A stretch of 64,000 nucleotides of DNA, from positions 1 to 64,000 of the forward strand of contig JBJMHS010000007.1 of the NCBI GenBank assembly GCA_045807245.1. The letters run 5' to 3'. The stretch is from Actinomycetales bacterium. GTDB taxonomy: Bacteria; Actinomycetota; Actinomycetes; Actinomycetales; CAVURS01. Positions 45,731 to 57,436 of this stretch are shown in pieces; the first letter of the stretch is position 1; each line of letters starts with the position of its first letter. A model generated the notes under the pieces. It made no database searches. It was not told the origin of the DNA and was given only the letters and a program-made list of their open reading frames with translations. Made by a program: the position numbers and the translations under genes.

Positions 45731-46006
45731 CTAGGGGGCGGACGGTCCGGCCGGGCCCTCGGGCGGACGTGTGCGCGGTCCGTCGAGGGGCGGTTTCCTG
45801 CCGGAGGTCGCGCTCAGCAGGGTCAGGACCAGGCAGCCGGCGAAGACGAGCAGGCCCAGGACGAGCGCCCTCCACCAGCCACCGCCGGTGAGCCCCAGCG
45901 CGACCCCCGCGGCCAGGCCGGCGACCAGCCCCCAGGCCAGGACGTCTCGCCGCAGCCGGCGACGCAGGGGAGTCGTGGCCTGACGGCGTCGACCGCTCCC
46001 GGTCAC
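45731..46006 (-). CDS. Small two-TM membrane protein
   Basis: Two hydrophobic segments flanked by Arg/Pro-rich ends. Confidence 0.6.
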   Translation of the reverse strand: MTGSGRRRQATTPLRRRLRRDVLAWGLVAGLAAGVALGLTGGGWWRALVLGLLVFAGCLVLTLLSATSGRKPPLDGPRTRPPEGPAGPSAP

Positions 46007-46104
46007 CTCGACATCACCCTTTCGCGCCCAGGCGTGGACGCGCGCACCGCAACGTTTCGTGCACGCCTCGTCGCAGTATGCGGCGGTCGCTAGCCTCCTG
46101 GCTC

Positions 46105-47247
46105 ATGACCACGCCGTACGACGGGCAGTTTCGCCCCGAGGGGCGTCCGGCGCGCGTGCGGGTCGGACGCCTCTTGGTCACCGGCCTGGTCGTCACCGTC
46201 TTCGTGGCATGCGCCCTGATGGTCGTCGCGATCATCGGCTCGACCACCGGTGTCACCGGCGTCCTGGTCGGGATCGCGCTGGCCGCCGTACCGGTGTTCG
46301 TCGTCGTGCCGTCCCTGCTCTGGCTGGACCGCTTCGAGGCCGAGCCCACGGCGCTGTTGCTGTTCGCGTTCGGCTGGGGTGCGGCCGTCGCCACCCTCAT
46401 CGCGATCCTCGTGAACTCCACCTCGGTTGCCGTCCTGAAGGCCTCGGGCGGAGACATCACCGCGGCGGCCGTCGTCATCGCGCCCTTCGTCGAGGAGACC
46501 TCGAAGGGCCTGGCCGTCCTGCTGGTCTTCCTCTACCGCCGCCGCGAGTTCGACGGCATCGTCGACGGGATCGTGTACGCCGGGATGGCCGGTGTCGGGT
46601 TCGCCTTCACCGAGAACGTCCTCTACCTCGGCCGCTCGCTCGCGGACAGCGGTGTGGACGGGCTCGCCGTGACCTTCGTCCTTCGCTGTGTCTTCGGGCC
46701 GTTCGCGCACCCCTTGTTCACCATGGCCACCGGCGTCGGACTCGGCGTGGCCGCGACGGCCCGGCACCGCTGGGTCCGCATCGTCGCCCCGATCTGTGGC
46801 TGGCTGATCGCCGTCACGCTGCACGGACTGTGGAACCTCGCCGCGGTGGCCGGGTTGCGCGGTTTCGTCTCGGCGTACGTCGTCCTGCAGGTGCCGATCT
46901 TCGCCGCCGCCCTTGCGTTCGCTCTGTGGTCGCGCAGCCGCGAGGGCCGCCTCATCGGCCGGCATCTGCTCGTGTACGCCGAGACGGGCTGGCTCACGCC
47001 CGCCGAGGTCCGGATGCTCGCCTCCATGCCGGCCCGTCGGCGGGCCCGCGCGGTGGCGAGCAGCGTCGCCGGCAAGCCGGCGGAACGGGCCATGCGCGCG
47101 TTCCAGGACGACGCCAGCGAGCTGGCCTTGCTCCGCGAGCGGATGACGCGGTCGGCTGCCGGACCCAGGGCCCAGGCGATGGAGCAGGACGTGCTGATGC
47201 AGCTCGTCGCGGACCGGCGGGCGCTGTCCGGGTCACCGGTCAGCTGA
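46105..47247 (+). CDS. prsW: PrsW family intramembrane glutamic/metalloprotease
   Basis: APFVEETSK, GFAFTENVLY, AHPLFT and LHGLWN. Confidence 0.92.
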   Translation: MTTPYDGQFRPEGRPARVRVGRLLVTGLVVTVFVACALMVVAIIGSTTGVTGVLVGIALAAVPVFVVVPSLLWLDRFEAEPTALLLFAFGWGAAVATLIAILVNSTSVAVLKASGGDITAAAVVIAPFVEETSKGLAVLLVFLYRRREFDGIVDGIVYAGMAGVGFAFTENVLYLGRSLADSGVDGLAVTFVLRCVFGPFAHPLFTMATGVGLGVAATARHRWVRIVAPICGWLIAVTLHGLWNLAAVAGLRGFVSAYVVLQVPIFAAALAFALWSRSREGRLIGRHLLVYAETGWLTPAEVRMLASMPARRRARAVASSVAGKPAERAMRAFQDDASELALLRERMTRSAAGPRAQAMEQDVLMQLVADRRALSGSPVS

Positions 47248-47319
47248 CGCGCGCCCGGACAGACCCGCGCACCTGACTGCGGAACTGGCCGCGAACCTGG
47301 CAGCAATCCGGCAGGCAGG

Positions 47320-47352
47320 TCTCAGGTTCCTCTCAGGCTCGCTGCCTAGCGT
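47320..47352 (+). promoter_or_regulatory. OmpR/MprA-type direct repeat plus -10 box with no intact downstream gene
   Basis: TCTCAG-N5-TCTCAG-N10-TAGCGT. Confidence 0.55.
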
Positions 47353-47639
47353 CGTCAGTGTCGCTTCCGGGCTCCCGGCCAAAGATCGCCTGGATGTCGA
47401 CCGCGTCGGCGGTGTCCGGTCCGGGTCGCCCCTGATCCGGCCGGGCCCGCCGACCCTCTCGTGTCGTTGACCGCCGTCTCTCGGCACAGCGGCCGTGGCA
47501 ACTGGCGGTCACCATCACGGTCGCCGTTTGCGCCGAAATGGCCGCGCGCGTCGGATCCACCGCCTACGCTGGGTTTCTCGCGCCACTGCGGGCGAGCTCA
47601 CCCCCTGAGAGCTCGTTCCGCGACCCCGGACGGCGCGAC

Positions 47640-47681
47640 TGTGACCTCCGGCCCCTCCTAGTGAGCGGGCCGGAGGTCACA
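47640..47681. terminator. 15-bp perfect inverted repeat downstream of tRNA-Arg
   Basis: TGTGACCTCCGGCCC-N12-GGGCCGGAGGTCACA. Confidence 0.7.
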
Positions 47682-47769
47682 ACTCTTTGTGACGCCGGCG
47701 CACCGAAGGAGAGCGACCGGATTCCCTCGATTCATCGCAAATGGCGCTATCCGGGCGGACCGGCAACCG

Positions 47770-47843
47770 TGCGCCCGGCAGGATTCGAACCTGCGGCCGG
47801 CGGATTAGAAGTCCGCTGCTCTATCCAGCTGAGCTACGGGCGC
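47770..47843 (-). tRNA. tRNA-Arg(TCT)
   Basis: GCGCCCGTAGCTCAGCTGGATAGAGC..GCGGACTTCTAATCCGC..GGTTCGAATCC..GGGCGCA. Confidence 0.96.
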
Positions 47844-47977
47844 ATGACGCCCGAGCCGCGGCGTCGGCCCAAGTGTGGCGTCGCGACAAAGTGTATGGAG
47901 GCGGCTGTGCCGTCGGCGTGTCCCTTCGGCGCGTCACACAGACCGGTGACGCTGGAGCACATGGGAGGCTGTCGGGC

Positions 47978-49714
47978 GTGGTGGCCGACGGACACGACGG
48001 TACGGCGCTGCTGCGTGCCGTCGAGACGTTGCGCCGCCACGTGGACGAGCTGGCGCTGCCGCTGGAGCTGCGCGATGTGGCTACGGCCCGCCGCATCCGC
48101 GACGACCTGCGCGCCCAGCTCGACGACTACGTCCTGCCTCGGCTCAGGGCGCAGGACGCGCCCCTGCTCACCGTCGTCGGCGGCTCGACCGGCGCCGGCA
48201 AGTCCACCCTGGTCAACTCCATCGTCGGCGAGACGGTGAGCCGCAGCGGGGTCCTGCGGCCGACGACGCGCTCCCCCGTGCTCGTGCACCACCCGGAGGA
48301 CGTGCAGTGGTTCACCGGCAAGCGGGTCCTGCCCGACCTGCCGCGCGTGACCGGGGACGTCGGAGGTCCCGGGGAGCCGCCGGACGAGCCCGGGCGTTCG
48401 GTCCGGTTGGTCGCATCGACCGCCCTGCCCCCCGGGCTCGCCCTCGTGGACGCGCCGGACATCGACTCGGTCGTCGAGAGCAACCGGGACCTGGCGCGGC
48501 AGCTGCTCTCGGCCGCCGACCTGTGGCTGTTCGTCACCTCGGCGGCCCGGTACGCCGACGCGGTGCCGTGGGACCTGCTGCGGGACGCTGCCGAACGCGG
48601 TACGTCGCTCGCCATGGTCCTGGACCGCGTGCCGCCGATCGCGGTCGAGGAGATTCGCGCCGACCTGGCTGGGATGCTGCGCTCCCACGACCTGGGCAAC
48701 GCCCCGATGTTCGTGATCCCGGAGGTGACGTTGCACGACGGCCATCTGCCGGAGGACGTCGTCGAGCGGATGCGCTCGTGGCTCACGGCGCTCGCACGTG
48801 ACGCGAAGGCGCGGTCGATGGTCGCCCGCCGTACCCTGCTCGGCACCCTGCGCGTGCTCGACGCCCGGGTCACGACCTTGGTGGACGCGGCGCAGGCTCA
48901 GCGGGAGGCGGTCGCAGTCCTGCGCGCCGACGTGGCCGGGGCCTACGACACGGCGGTCCAAGCGGTTTCGGTCGGCCTGACCGATGGTTCGTTGCTGCGC
49001 GGCGAGGTGCTCGCGCGCTGGCAGGAGTTCGTCGGCACCGGCGAGTTCCTGCGCAACCTCGAGACGAGTGTCGGCCGGGTCCGCGACCGGGTCATGTCCG
49101 CGGTGCGCGGCCGCCCGGCGCCCAGCGCGGAGCTGGGTGAGGCGTTGCAGACCGGCGTTGCGGCATTGGTCACGGCCGAGGCGCGCAAGGCCGCGGGCGA
49201 CGCCGCCCGCAGGTGGCGCAGCGGTCCGGCCGGCGCCGCTTTGGTGGCCGCGCACCGGGACCTCGAGCGCCCGGTCGACGGCCTGGAGGACCGGGTCAAC
49301 CGGATGGTGCGGGACTGGCAGTCGTACGTGCTGCAGCTCGTTCGCGACGAAGGCAGCCGGCGCCGCTCGGCGGCGCGGGTCCTGTCCTACGGCGTGAACG
49401 GGCTCGGCGTCGTCCTCATGCTCGTGGTGTTCAGCCAGACCGCCGGGCTCACCGGCGCCGAGGTCGGAATCGCCGGCGGTACGGCCGTCGTCGCCCAGCG
49501 GCTGCTCGAGGCCGTGTTCGGTGACCAGGCCGTGCGGATGCTCGCCGCCAAGGCGCGCGACGAGCTGCAGGCGCGCGTCGAGACGCTGCTGGCCGTCGAC
49601 CGCACGCGGCTCGACGACATCCTGGACGCGCTCGAGCTGGACTCGCGGCCGACCGTGCTCGACCAGGCCCAGGCGCTGAAGATGGCGGTGCGCGACGTGA
49701 CGGCGGCGCAGTGA
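47978..49714 (+). CDS. Dynamin-like GTPase (DynA-like)
   Basis: GSTGAGKST, RPTT, DAPDIDS and ARYADA; helical C-terminus; GGGAGG RBS. Confidence 0.85.
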   Translation: MVADGHDGTALLRAVETLRRHVDELALPLELRDVATARRIRDDLRAQLDDYVLPRLRAQDAPLLTVVGGSTGAGKSTLVNSIVGETVSRSGVLRPTTRSPVLVHHPEDVQWFTGKRVLPDLPRVTGDVGGPGEPPDEPGRSVRLVASTALPPGLALVDAPDIDSVVESNRDLARQLLSAADLWLFVTSAARYADAVPWDLLRDAAERGTSLAMVLDRVPPIAVEEIRADLAGMLRSHDLGNAPMFVIPEVTLHDGHLPEDVVERMRSWLTALARDAKARSMVARRTLLGTLRVLDARVTTLVDAAQAQREAVAVLRADVAGAYDTAVQAVSVGLTDGSLLRGEVLARWQEFVGTGEFLRNLETSVGRVRDRVMSAVRGRPAPSAELGEALQTGVAALVTAEARKAAGDAARRWRSGPAGAALVAAHRDLERPVDGLEDRVNRMVRDWQSYVLQLVRDEGSRRRSAARVLSYGVNGLGVVLMLVVFSQTAGLTGAEVGIAGGTAVVAQRLLEAVFGDQAVRMLAAKARDELQARVETLLAVDRTRLDDILDALELDSRPTVLDQAQALKMAVRDVTAAQ

Positions 49715-49739
49715 GGGCCGAGGGCGCGGTGAACGTGCG

Positions 49740-51404
49740 ATGAGGATCGGCCGCCGGGCCAAGGCCCCGGACGTGCTGGCGCGTTCCGCGGCGCTGCGCG
49801 AGGCCATCGACGCCGGCCACGCCCACATGCCCCAGGACGCCGTCGAAGGCGCCAAGGTCGTCATGGACCGGGTCGACGAGCGGCTCGGGCTCTCCGGCGA
49901 CCACACCGTCGTCGCGCTGGTCGGCGCCACGGGCAGCGGCAAGTCGAGCCTGTTCAACCAGATCGCGGGCATCGACCTCGCCACGGTCGGCGTACGCCGG
50001 CCGACCACCATGGAGACGACGGCCTGCATCTGGGGCACCCAGGGCGCGAGCGCGCTGATGGACTGGCTCAGCCTGCCCAGCCGGCACCGGATCACGCGTG
50101 AGTCCGCGCTCGACGTCGGCCGGGAGAACGAGCTGCAGGGACTGGTGCTCCTGGACCTGCCGGACTACGACTCGACGGCGCTCAACCACCGGGCCGAGGT
50201 CGAGCGGCTGATCGCCCTGGTCGACGTGTTCATCTGGGTGACCGACCCGCAGAAGTACGCCGATGCCGCGATGCACGAGCGGTACCTGCGCCCGCTGGCC
50301 GGGCACGACGGCGTCACCGTCGTCGTGCTGAACCAGGCCGACCGGCTGCCACGCGAGGACGTCGAGGAGTGCCGGCGGGACCTGGCCCGGTTGCTGACCG
50401 AGGACGGTCTCGACGTGTCCGGCATCTTGGTCACGTCGGCGCTGACCGGCGCCGGTGTGCCGCAGCTCCGCTCGGTGATCTCCGACGCGGTCCACTCCGG
50501 CGCGGCCGTGCGGGAGCGGCTCGCAGCGGATCTCGATGCCGTGACCGGTCGCCTGCGCGGCACGGTCGCCGACAGCGAGGCCGATGCGGACTCGCTGCGC
50601 GGGCGCGGGGCGTTGGTCGAGGCCCTGGCCCAGGCCGCCGGCGTACCGCCCGTGTTGGACGCGGTCGAGGAGGACTACCGGCGCGGTGCCCTCGCGGCCG
50701 GCGGCTGGCCGTTGACGCGGTGGGTGCGGGCCTTCCGCCCGGACCCTCTGCGCCGCCTGCGGTTGGGTGCGCGGTCGCGGCGCGGTGGCTCCGAGGACGG
50801 CGAAGGACCCGGCGACAGCCTCGAGGTGGCGCTGCGGCGCAGCTCGCTGCCCGCACCGACGCCGTCCCAGCGGGCTCGGGTCGCGCTGGCCACGAACGCG
50901 ATCGCCGACGAGGCGGCGAGCGGTCTGCCGACGTCGTGGTCGGATGCGGTGCATGCGGCGGCTAACCCGGCCGGCCACGACGTGGCCGACGCGCTCGACC
51001 AAGCGGTGCTCGGCACCGACTTGGGCCTGAGCCGACCCCGCTGGTGGTCGGTCGTCGGGGCTTTGCAGTGGCTGCTGACGACGGCGGCGATGCTCGGGCT
51101 GGTCTGGCTCATCGTGCTCGGTGTCTTCAGCTGGCTGCGGCTGCCCGACCTGCGCACCCCCGACCTCGGGCCGGTGCCCGTACCGACGGCACTCCTCCTG
51201 GGCGGACTGGTGCTGGGCTTCCTGCTCGGTCTGGCCGTTCGGTTGTTGGCCGGCAACTTTGCCCGCTCACGTCGGGCTCGGGCGGCAGCACGGTTGGACG
51301 GCGCCATCGGTTCGGTCGCGCGGGACTCGATCATCGAGCCCGTGGCCGCCGTCCTCGCCGCTCACCGTCGTACCCGCGAGGCCCTCGCCCGCGCGCTGCA
51401 CTGA
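49740..51404 (+). CDS. Dynamin-like GTPase with two C-terminal TM helices (DynB-like)
   Basis: GATGSGKSS, RRPTT, DLPDYDS, DPQKYAD and NQAD. Confidence 0.87.
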   Translation: MRIGRRAKAPDVLARSAALREAIDAGHAHMPQDAVEGAKVVMDRVDERLGLSGDHTVVALVGATGSGKSSLFNQIAGIDLATVGVRRPTTMETTACIWGTQGASALMDWLSLPSRHRITRESALDVGRENELQGLVLLDLPDYDSTALNHRAEVERLIALVDVFIWVTDPQKYADAAMHERYLRPLAGHDGVTVVVLNQADRLPREDVEECRRDLARLLTEDGLDVSGILVTSALTGAGVPQLRSVISDAVHSGAAVRERLAADLDAVTGRLRGTVADSEADADSLRGRGALVEALAQAAGVPPVLDAVEEDYRRGALAAGGWPLTRWVRAFRPDPLRRLRLGARSRRGGSEDGEGPGDSLEVALRRSSLPAPTPSQRARVALATNAIADEAASGLPTSWSDAVHAAANPAGHDVADALDQAVLGTDLGLSRPRWWSVVGALQWLLTTAAMLGLVWLIVLGVFSWLRLPDLRTPDLGPVPVPTALLLGGLVLGFLLGLAVRLLAGNFARSRRARAAARLDGAIGSVARDSIIEPVAAVLAAHRRTREALARALH

Positions 51405-51585
51405 GCTCGTCGAGACGCTCTCGTCGTCATGCTGCGCCGATGGTCGAACCTGACCATCGGCATCCACAGGTCGTTGCCGGGGTGTCACACGATCCACAGG
51501 CGGACTCCCAGGGGACTGTGCAGTCCGTGCCGTACCCGAGTCTGATCGTGGCGACAGCCGATCCGACGAGCAGGGGAGACCGGAC

Positions 51586-52095
51586 ATGGGCGAGACCTAT
51601 GTGACGTTGTGGGGCAACATCGCGACCGATCCGAGGCGCACGACGACGCCGGGTGGAGTCTCGATCCTCAAGTTCAGGCTCGCGTGTACGGCGAGCAGGC
51701 GCGACGCGCACACCGGCGAGTACACCGACGGCGTGACGTCCTGGTACACGGTCGCTTGCTGGCGCGACCTCGCCGACAACGCTGCCGGCTCTCTGGCCAA
51801 GGGCGACCCGGTGGTCGTCTACGGCAAGCAGGTGGTTCGCGACTGGGAGACGGACGACGGGAAGAAGGGCACTGACGTGTCCATCGACGCGATGACGGTC
51901 GGCCACGACCTGCGCCGCGGCAGCGCCAAGTTCACCAAGATCAAGCGGGGCACCGCCGCTGCCGGCGAAGGGACTCCGGCCCCGGACTCGACCCCCGAGC
52001 CCGGCAACGACGCCGACGGCGCCGCGCCGGGAGACCCGGCCCGCGACCCGTGGTCGGACGAGCCGTCCGCGGAGCGTGAACCGGCGGGAGTCTGA
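51586..52095 (+). CDS. ssbB: Single-stranded DNA-binding protein, secondary paralog (SsbB type)
   Basis: OB-fold motifs GNIATDP, FRLA, WYTVACW, KGDPVVVYG and VGHDL; lacks the acidic DxxPF tail. Confidence 0.88.
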   Translation: MGETYVTLWGNIATDPRRTTTPGGVSILKFRLACTASRRDAHTGEYTDGVTSWYTVACWRDLADNAAGSLAKGDPVVVYGKQVVRDWETDDGKKGTDVSIDAMTVGHDLRRGSAKFTKIKRGTAAAGEGTPAPDSTPEPGNDADGAAPGDPARDPWSDEPSAEREPAGV

Positions 52096-52097
52096 CG

Positions 52098-53603
52098 TCA
52101 GTGCGTACGCGGCTGCAGGTTGGTTCTGCGCGAACGATTGCCGGACGAGCGGTTCCGCGCCTCCTCCTCGAAGATCTCCACGATCTCCTCGACGGAGCGG
52201 CCCTTGGTCTCGGGCAGCAGTGCCATGACGAAGACGATGGCCATGAGGCACAGGACAGCGAAGGCGATCAGCACCCAACCGAGGCCGTAGTGCGACTCGG
52301 CCGACGGGAAGACCTCGATGATGGCGAAGTTGGCGACCCAGTCGACCGTCGCCCCGACGGCAGCGGCCTGACCGCGGACAGCGGTCGGGAAGACCTCGCC
52401 CTGGAGGAGCCAGCCGGTGCCACCGACACCGAGCGCGAAGGAGGCAATGAAGGCGTCCAGGCCGATCATGGCTACGACGATCCGCGGAGTGCCCGACATC
52501 AGGCCGACACCGATAGCAGCGACTACGGCACTGACGGCCATCCCGGCGTACCCGCCGATCGCCAGCTTGCGTCGGCCGACCCGGTCGATGTACCGGAACG
52601 CGAAGAACGTCGCGGCGACGTTGACGACGGTCATGATGGCGGTGACCTCGACGCCGGCGATCGTGGCGTCCACCTTCGAGTTCCCGTTCTGGAAGTAGTC
52701 GCCCATGAGCTTGGGGCCGTAGTACAGCGGCACGTTGATGCCGGTGATCTGCTGGAACACGAAGAACCCGCACACGACGTACAGCGCCCGGCGTACGCCA
52801 GGGCTCCACCGGCGTCTGCCCTGCCGCTCGGCTTCATCGTCCTCGCGGTCCAGTCGCTTGGCCGTGGCCTCGATGTCCTCGCGGGCGACGTCGACGCCGA
52901 GTGTCTCGAAGGCCTTCTGCGCCTGCTCGTACTTGCCCTTCCTGAGCAGCCACCGCGGCGACTCAGGCATCTCGAACCGCATGATCAGGCCGATGATGGC
53001 GGGGATGGCACCGATGCCGAGGATCAGGCGCCAGTCCAGGTTGGCGGCGCTGCCGGGCAGCAGGCGGTAGATGACGAGCGCCACGAGATAGGCGAACAGG
53101 ATCCCGACCGTGATCATCCACTGCTGGAGCATCGCGAGCGCCCCGCGACGCTCACGGGGCGCATACTCCGCGATGTACGCCGTCGCGATGGCGGAGTCGG
53201 CGCCGATGGCCAGGCCGATCAGCGTCCGGGCAAAGAGCAAGACGGAAGCATCCGGTGTCAGCGCAGACAGGATCGCGCCGACGGCGTAGATACCGGCGTC
53301 GATGATCAGCAATGACTTTCGCCCGAACCGGTCGGTCAGCGGCCCCGCGGCCAAGGCGCCGGCTGCTGCACCCAACGACGCACCGGCCACCAGATAGCCG
53401 GTCCAGAAGTCGTTCAGCCCGTACGGGACGAACGGCAGCGCCGAGCCGATGTTGGCGGTGTCGTACCCGAAGAGGAACCCGCCGATGGTCGCCAGGAGGG
53501 TCAGCGACCAGTAGAACCGGGTCGGGACGTGATGGTCTAGACGCTCGAGAACGTCCCCCTGCCCCCGCTCCCGCGTTTCCTGTTTGGTCTCTGTGTCGGC
53601 CAT
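52098..53603 (-). CDS. Sugar porter family MFS transporter
   Basis: GGFLFGYD, DRFGRK, PESPRWL, QQITGIN and PETKG. Confidence 0.94.
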   Translation of the reverse strand: MADTETKQETRERGQGDVLERLDHHVPTRFYWSLTLLATIGGFLFGYDTANIGSALPFVPYGLNDFWTGYLVAGASLGAAAGALAAGPLTDRFGRKSLLIIDAGIYAVGAILSALTPDASVLLFARTLIGLAIGADSAIATAYIAEYAPRERRGALAMLQQWMITVGILFAYLVALVIYRLLPGSAANLDWRLILGIGAIPAIIGLIMRFEMPESPRWLLRKGKYEQAQKAFETLGVDVAREDIEATAKRLDREDDEAERQGRRRWSPGVRRALYVVCGFFVFQQITGINVPLYYGPKLMGDYFQNGNSKVDATIAGVEVTAIMTVVNVAATFFAFRYIDRVGRRKLAIGGYAGMAVSAVVAAIGVGLMSGTPRIVVAMIGLDAFIASFALGVGGTGWLLQGEVFPTAVRGQAAAVGATVDWVANFAIIEVFPSAESHYGLGWVLIAFAVLCLMAIVFVMALLPETKGRSVEEIVEIFEEEARNRSSGNRSRRTNLQPRTH

Positions 53604-53685
53604 GAATCCGGTTTACCAAACGAGGCCCGTACTCGCCTGTCGAGACGATCACGAACACCCGCATCAGGTCGCGTAACCTGTCGCG

Positions 53686-55348
<1,663 letters not shown>

Positions 55349-55362
<14 letters not shown>

Positions 55363-56005
55363 CCGGCGTCGGCCCAGGCGGTGAGCCTGCGGTGACCATG
55401 CGCAGAGCGAGGTCGGCGTACAACGCACCGATCTGGTCGGGGGAGCGCGGCCCGTCCGGGCGGTACCAGCGTGCGACATCGACGACGAGTGACAACAACG
55501 CGAGCGCGGTGCCGGGGACGTCGGGTACGACGAAGCGTCCCTCCCGCACACCCGACTCGAGCACGATGCGCACCCGGTGCTGGATCTCGCGGCGCAGGGA
55601 GGTGATCTCCTTGCGGTGGCCGGGCGTCAGTGCGGTGAGCTCGTACTGCACGACGCGTGCGGTACGACGGTGGGTCGCGTGCCAGGCCGCGAAGTCCCGG
55701 ACCACCGCGGTCAGCTGACCGGCCGGGCGCGATCCTGCGTCGGCGATCGCCGACGTGACGACCCCCAGTGCGGCGCGGTGCCCGACCAGGCTCAGCTCGT
55801 AGAGCAACGCCTCCTTGGTCGCGAAGTGGACGTAGACCGCAGCGGGGCTCATCTCGGCCCGCGCTGCGATGTCCCGCGTCGTTGTCGCATGGAAACCTTT
55901 GTCCGCGAACGCCTGCGAGGCGGCTTCGAGGAGCCGCTCCGCTGCGGCCGGTCGCTCGACCCGAGCAGCGGCCGTGCTCATCCGTGCGGCTCCATCCATC
56001 CGCAT
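55349..56005 (-). CDS. TetR family regulator (KstR2-like)
   Basis: FADKGFHATTTRDIA..MSPAAVYVHFATKE; VARWYR. Confidence 0.92.
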
Positions 56006-56760
56006 CAGTCCTTCGGCCCGCCCGCGACGTAGATCACTTGGCCGCTCACGTACGACGCGTCGTCGCTCACCAGGAACGACACGACGCCGGCGATGTCCTC
56101 CGGCTGGCCCACCCGGCGTACCGGCACCTGTTCGGCGGTCAGCCGATGGAACTCGTCGACGGACATCTTGAGCCGCTCCGCCGTTGCCGCCGTCATCTCG
56201 GTCGCGATGAACCCCGGGGCGATCGCGTTGGCAGTGACACCGAACGGCCCGAGCTCGATGGCCAGCGTCTTGGTGAACCCCTGCATTCCCGCCTTCGCCG
56301 CGGCGTAGTTCACCTGGCCCCGGTTACCCAAGGCGGAGGTGCTCGACAGGTTCACGATGCGGCCCCATTTCGCCTCGGTCATGAACCCCTGGACCGCGCG
56401 AGTCACGAGGAACGCACCCCGCAGGTGGGTGCGCAGCACGGCGTCCCAGTCGTCCTCGCTCATCTTGAACAGCAGGTTGTCTCGGGTGATGCCCGCGTTA
56501 TTGACGAGCACTGTCGGTCCACCGAGGGCGGCTGCGAGTACCTCGACCGCTGCGCCGACCTGGTCCGCGTCGCCGACGTCCGCACCGACAGCCACGGCGC
56601 GACGGCCCTCGGCCTCAACCGCTGAGACCGTTGCGGCACAAGCCGACTCCTCAAGATCCAGCACTCCGACGTCGTGCCCGTCTCGAGCCAGTCGAGCGGC
56701 CGTCGCCGCGCCGATCCCTCGTGCGGCACCGGTCACAAGGGCAACTCTCGGGGTCGGCAC
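56005..56760 (-). CDS. 3-oxoacyl-ACP/CoA reductase (FabG-like SDR)
   Basis: TGAARGIG, NNAGITRD and GQVNYAAAK. Confidence 0.92.
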   Translation of the reverse strand: MPTPRVALVTGAARGIGAATAARLARDGHDVGVLDLEESACAATVSAVEAEGRRAVAVGADVGDADQVGAAVEVLAAALGGPTVLVNNAGITRDNLLFKMSEDDWDAVLRTHLRGAFLVTRAVQGFMTEAKWGRIVNLSSTSALGNRGQVNYAAAKAGMQGFTKTLAIELGPFGVTANAIAPGFIATEMTAATAERLKMSVDEFHRLTAEQVPVRRVGQPEDIAGVVSFLVSDDASYVSGQVIYVAGGPKD

Positions 56761-56761
56761 A

Positions 56762-57436
56762 TCAGCCTCCGGGCTTCTCGTCGGCGACGGTTTCGGCGGG
56801 CGGCAGGTACGGCGCGAGCGCGGGTATGCGGTCGGCGAGCGTCGTGAGGGTCGTGGCCAGGTCGGTGAACAGGACGGCGACCATACCCAGGTCGTCGGCG
56901 GCCTGGACGTTGTGCTCGATGTCGTCGACGAACGCACACTCGCTGACCGGTACGCCGAGGCGCTCAGCGGCCAGGCCGTAGATCGCCGGGTCGGGCTTGC
57001 GCAGCCCCACCTCGCCGCTCACGACCTTCACATCCAGCAGCGGGTCGAGCTCGTCCCACGGGTAGGCGAAGTGCCAGCTGTTCGAGAGCAGCGCCGTCTT
57101 GAGCCCGGCCGAACGGGCGGCGCGAAGCATCACGAACGCATCCGGGTCGACGTGCATCCCGGCGAACATCCGGTCGTACAGACCTTCGACGGCGATCGTC
57201 CCTCCGTCCGTTCGGCGAAGGCGTCCGACCAGGTACGTCGCGAACTCGTCCGGCGTCACGGTGCCGGTCTCCAGGCCGTGCATCGGGTTGCCCGGGTCGG
57301 CCCGCCACTCCTCGAGAAGTGCGCCGAACGAGTCCGGCTCGATGCCGTCCACCTCGAGCCAGGCGTCGAACGTGTCGCGGATCGGCACTGTCAGCACGCC
57401 GCCGTAGTCGACGATGAGGGCGCGGACAGGTGTCAC
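56762..57436 (-). CDS. HAD family phosphatase
   Basis: DYGGVL, LSNS, RKPDPAIY and FVDD. Confidence 0.9.
   Translation of the reverse strand: MTPVRALIVDYGGVLTVPIRDTFDAWLEVDGIEPDSFGALLEEWRADPGNPMHGLETGTVTPDEFATYLVGRLRRTDGGTIAVEGLYDRMFAGMHVDPDAFVMLRAARSAGLKTALLSNSWHFAYPWDELDPLLDVKVVSGEVGLRKPDPAIYGLAAERLGVPVSECAFVDDIEHNVQAADDLGMVAVLFTDLATTLTTLADRIPALAPYLPPAETVADEKPGG

Noticed and set aside
47741..47977. N-terminal extension of the 657-aa ORF
   Set aside because: It overlaps tRNA-Arg; the RBS supports a start at 47978/47981.
47834..51002. Long minus-strand ORFs (753 aa, 517 aa)
   Set aside because: Antisense shadows of the dynamin-like genes; Arg/Pro/Ala-rich, no motifs; typical of high-GC DNA.
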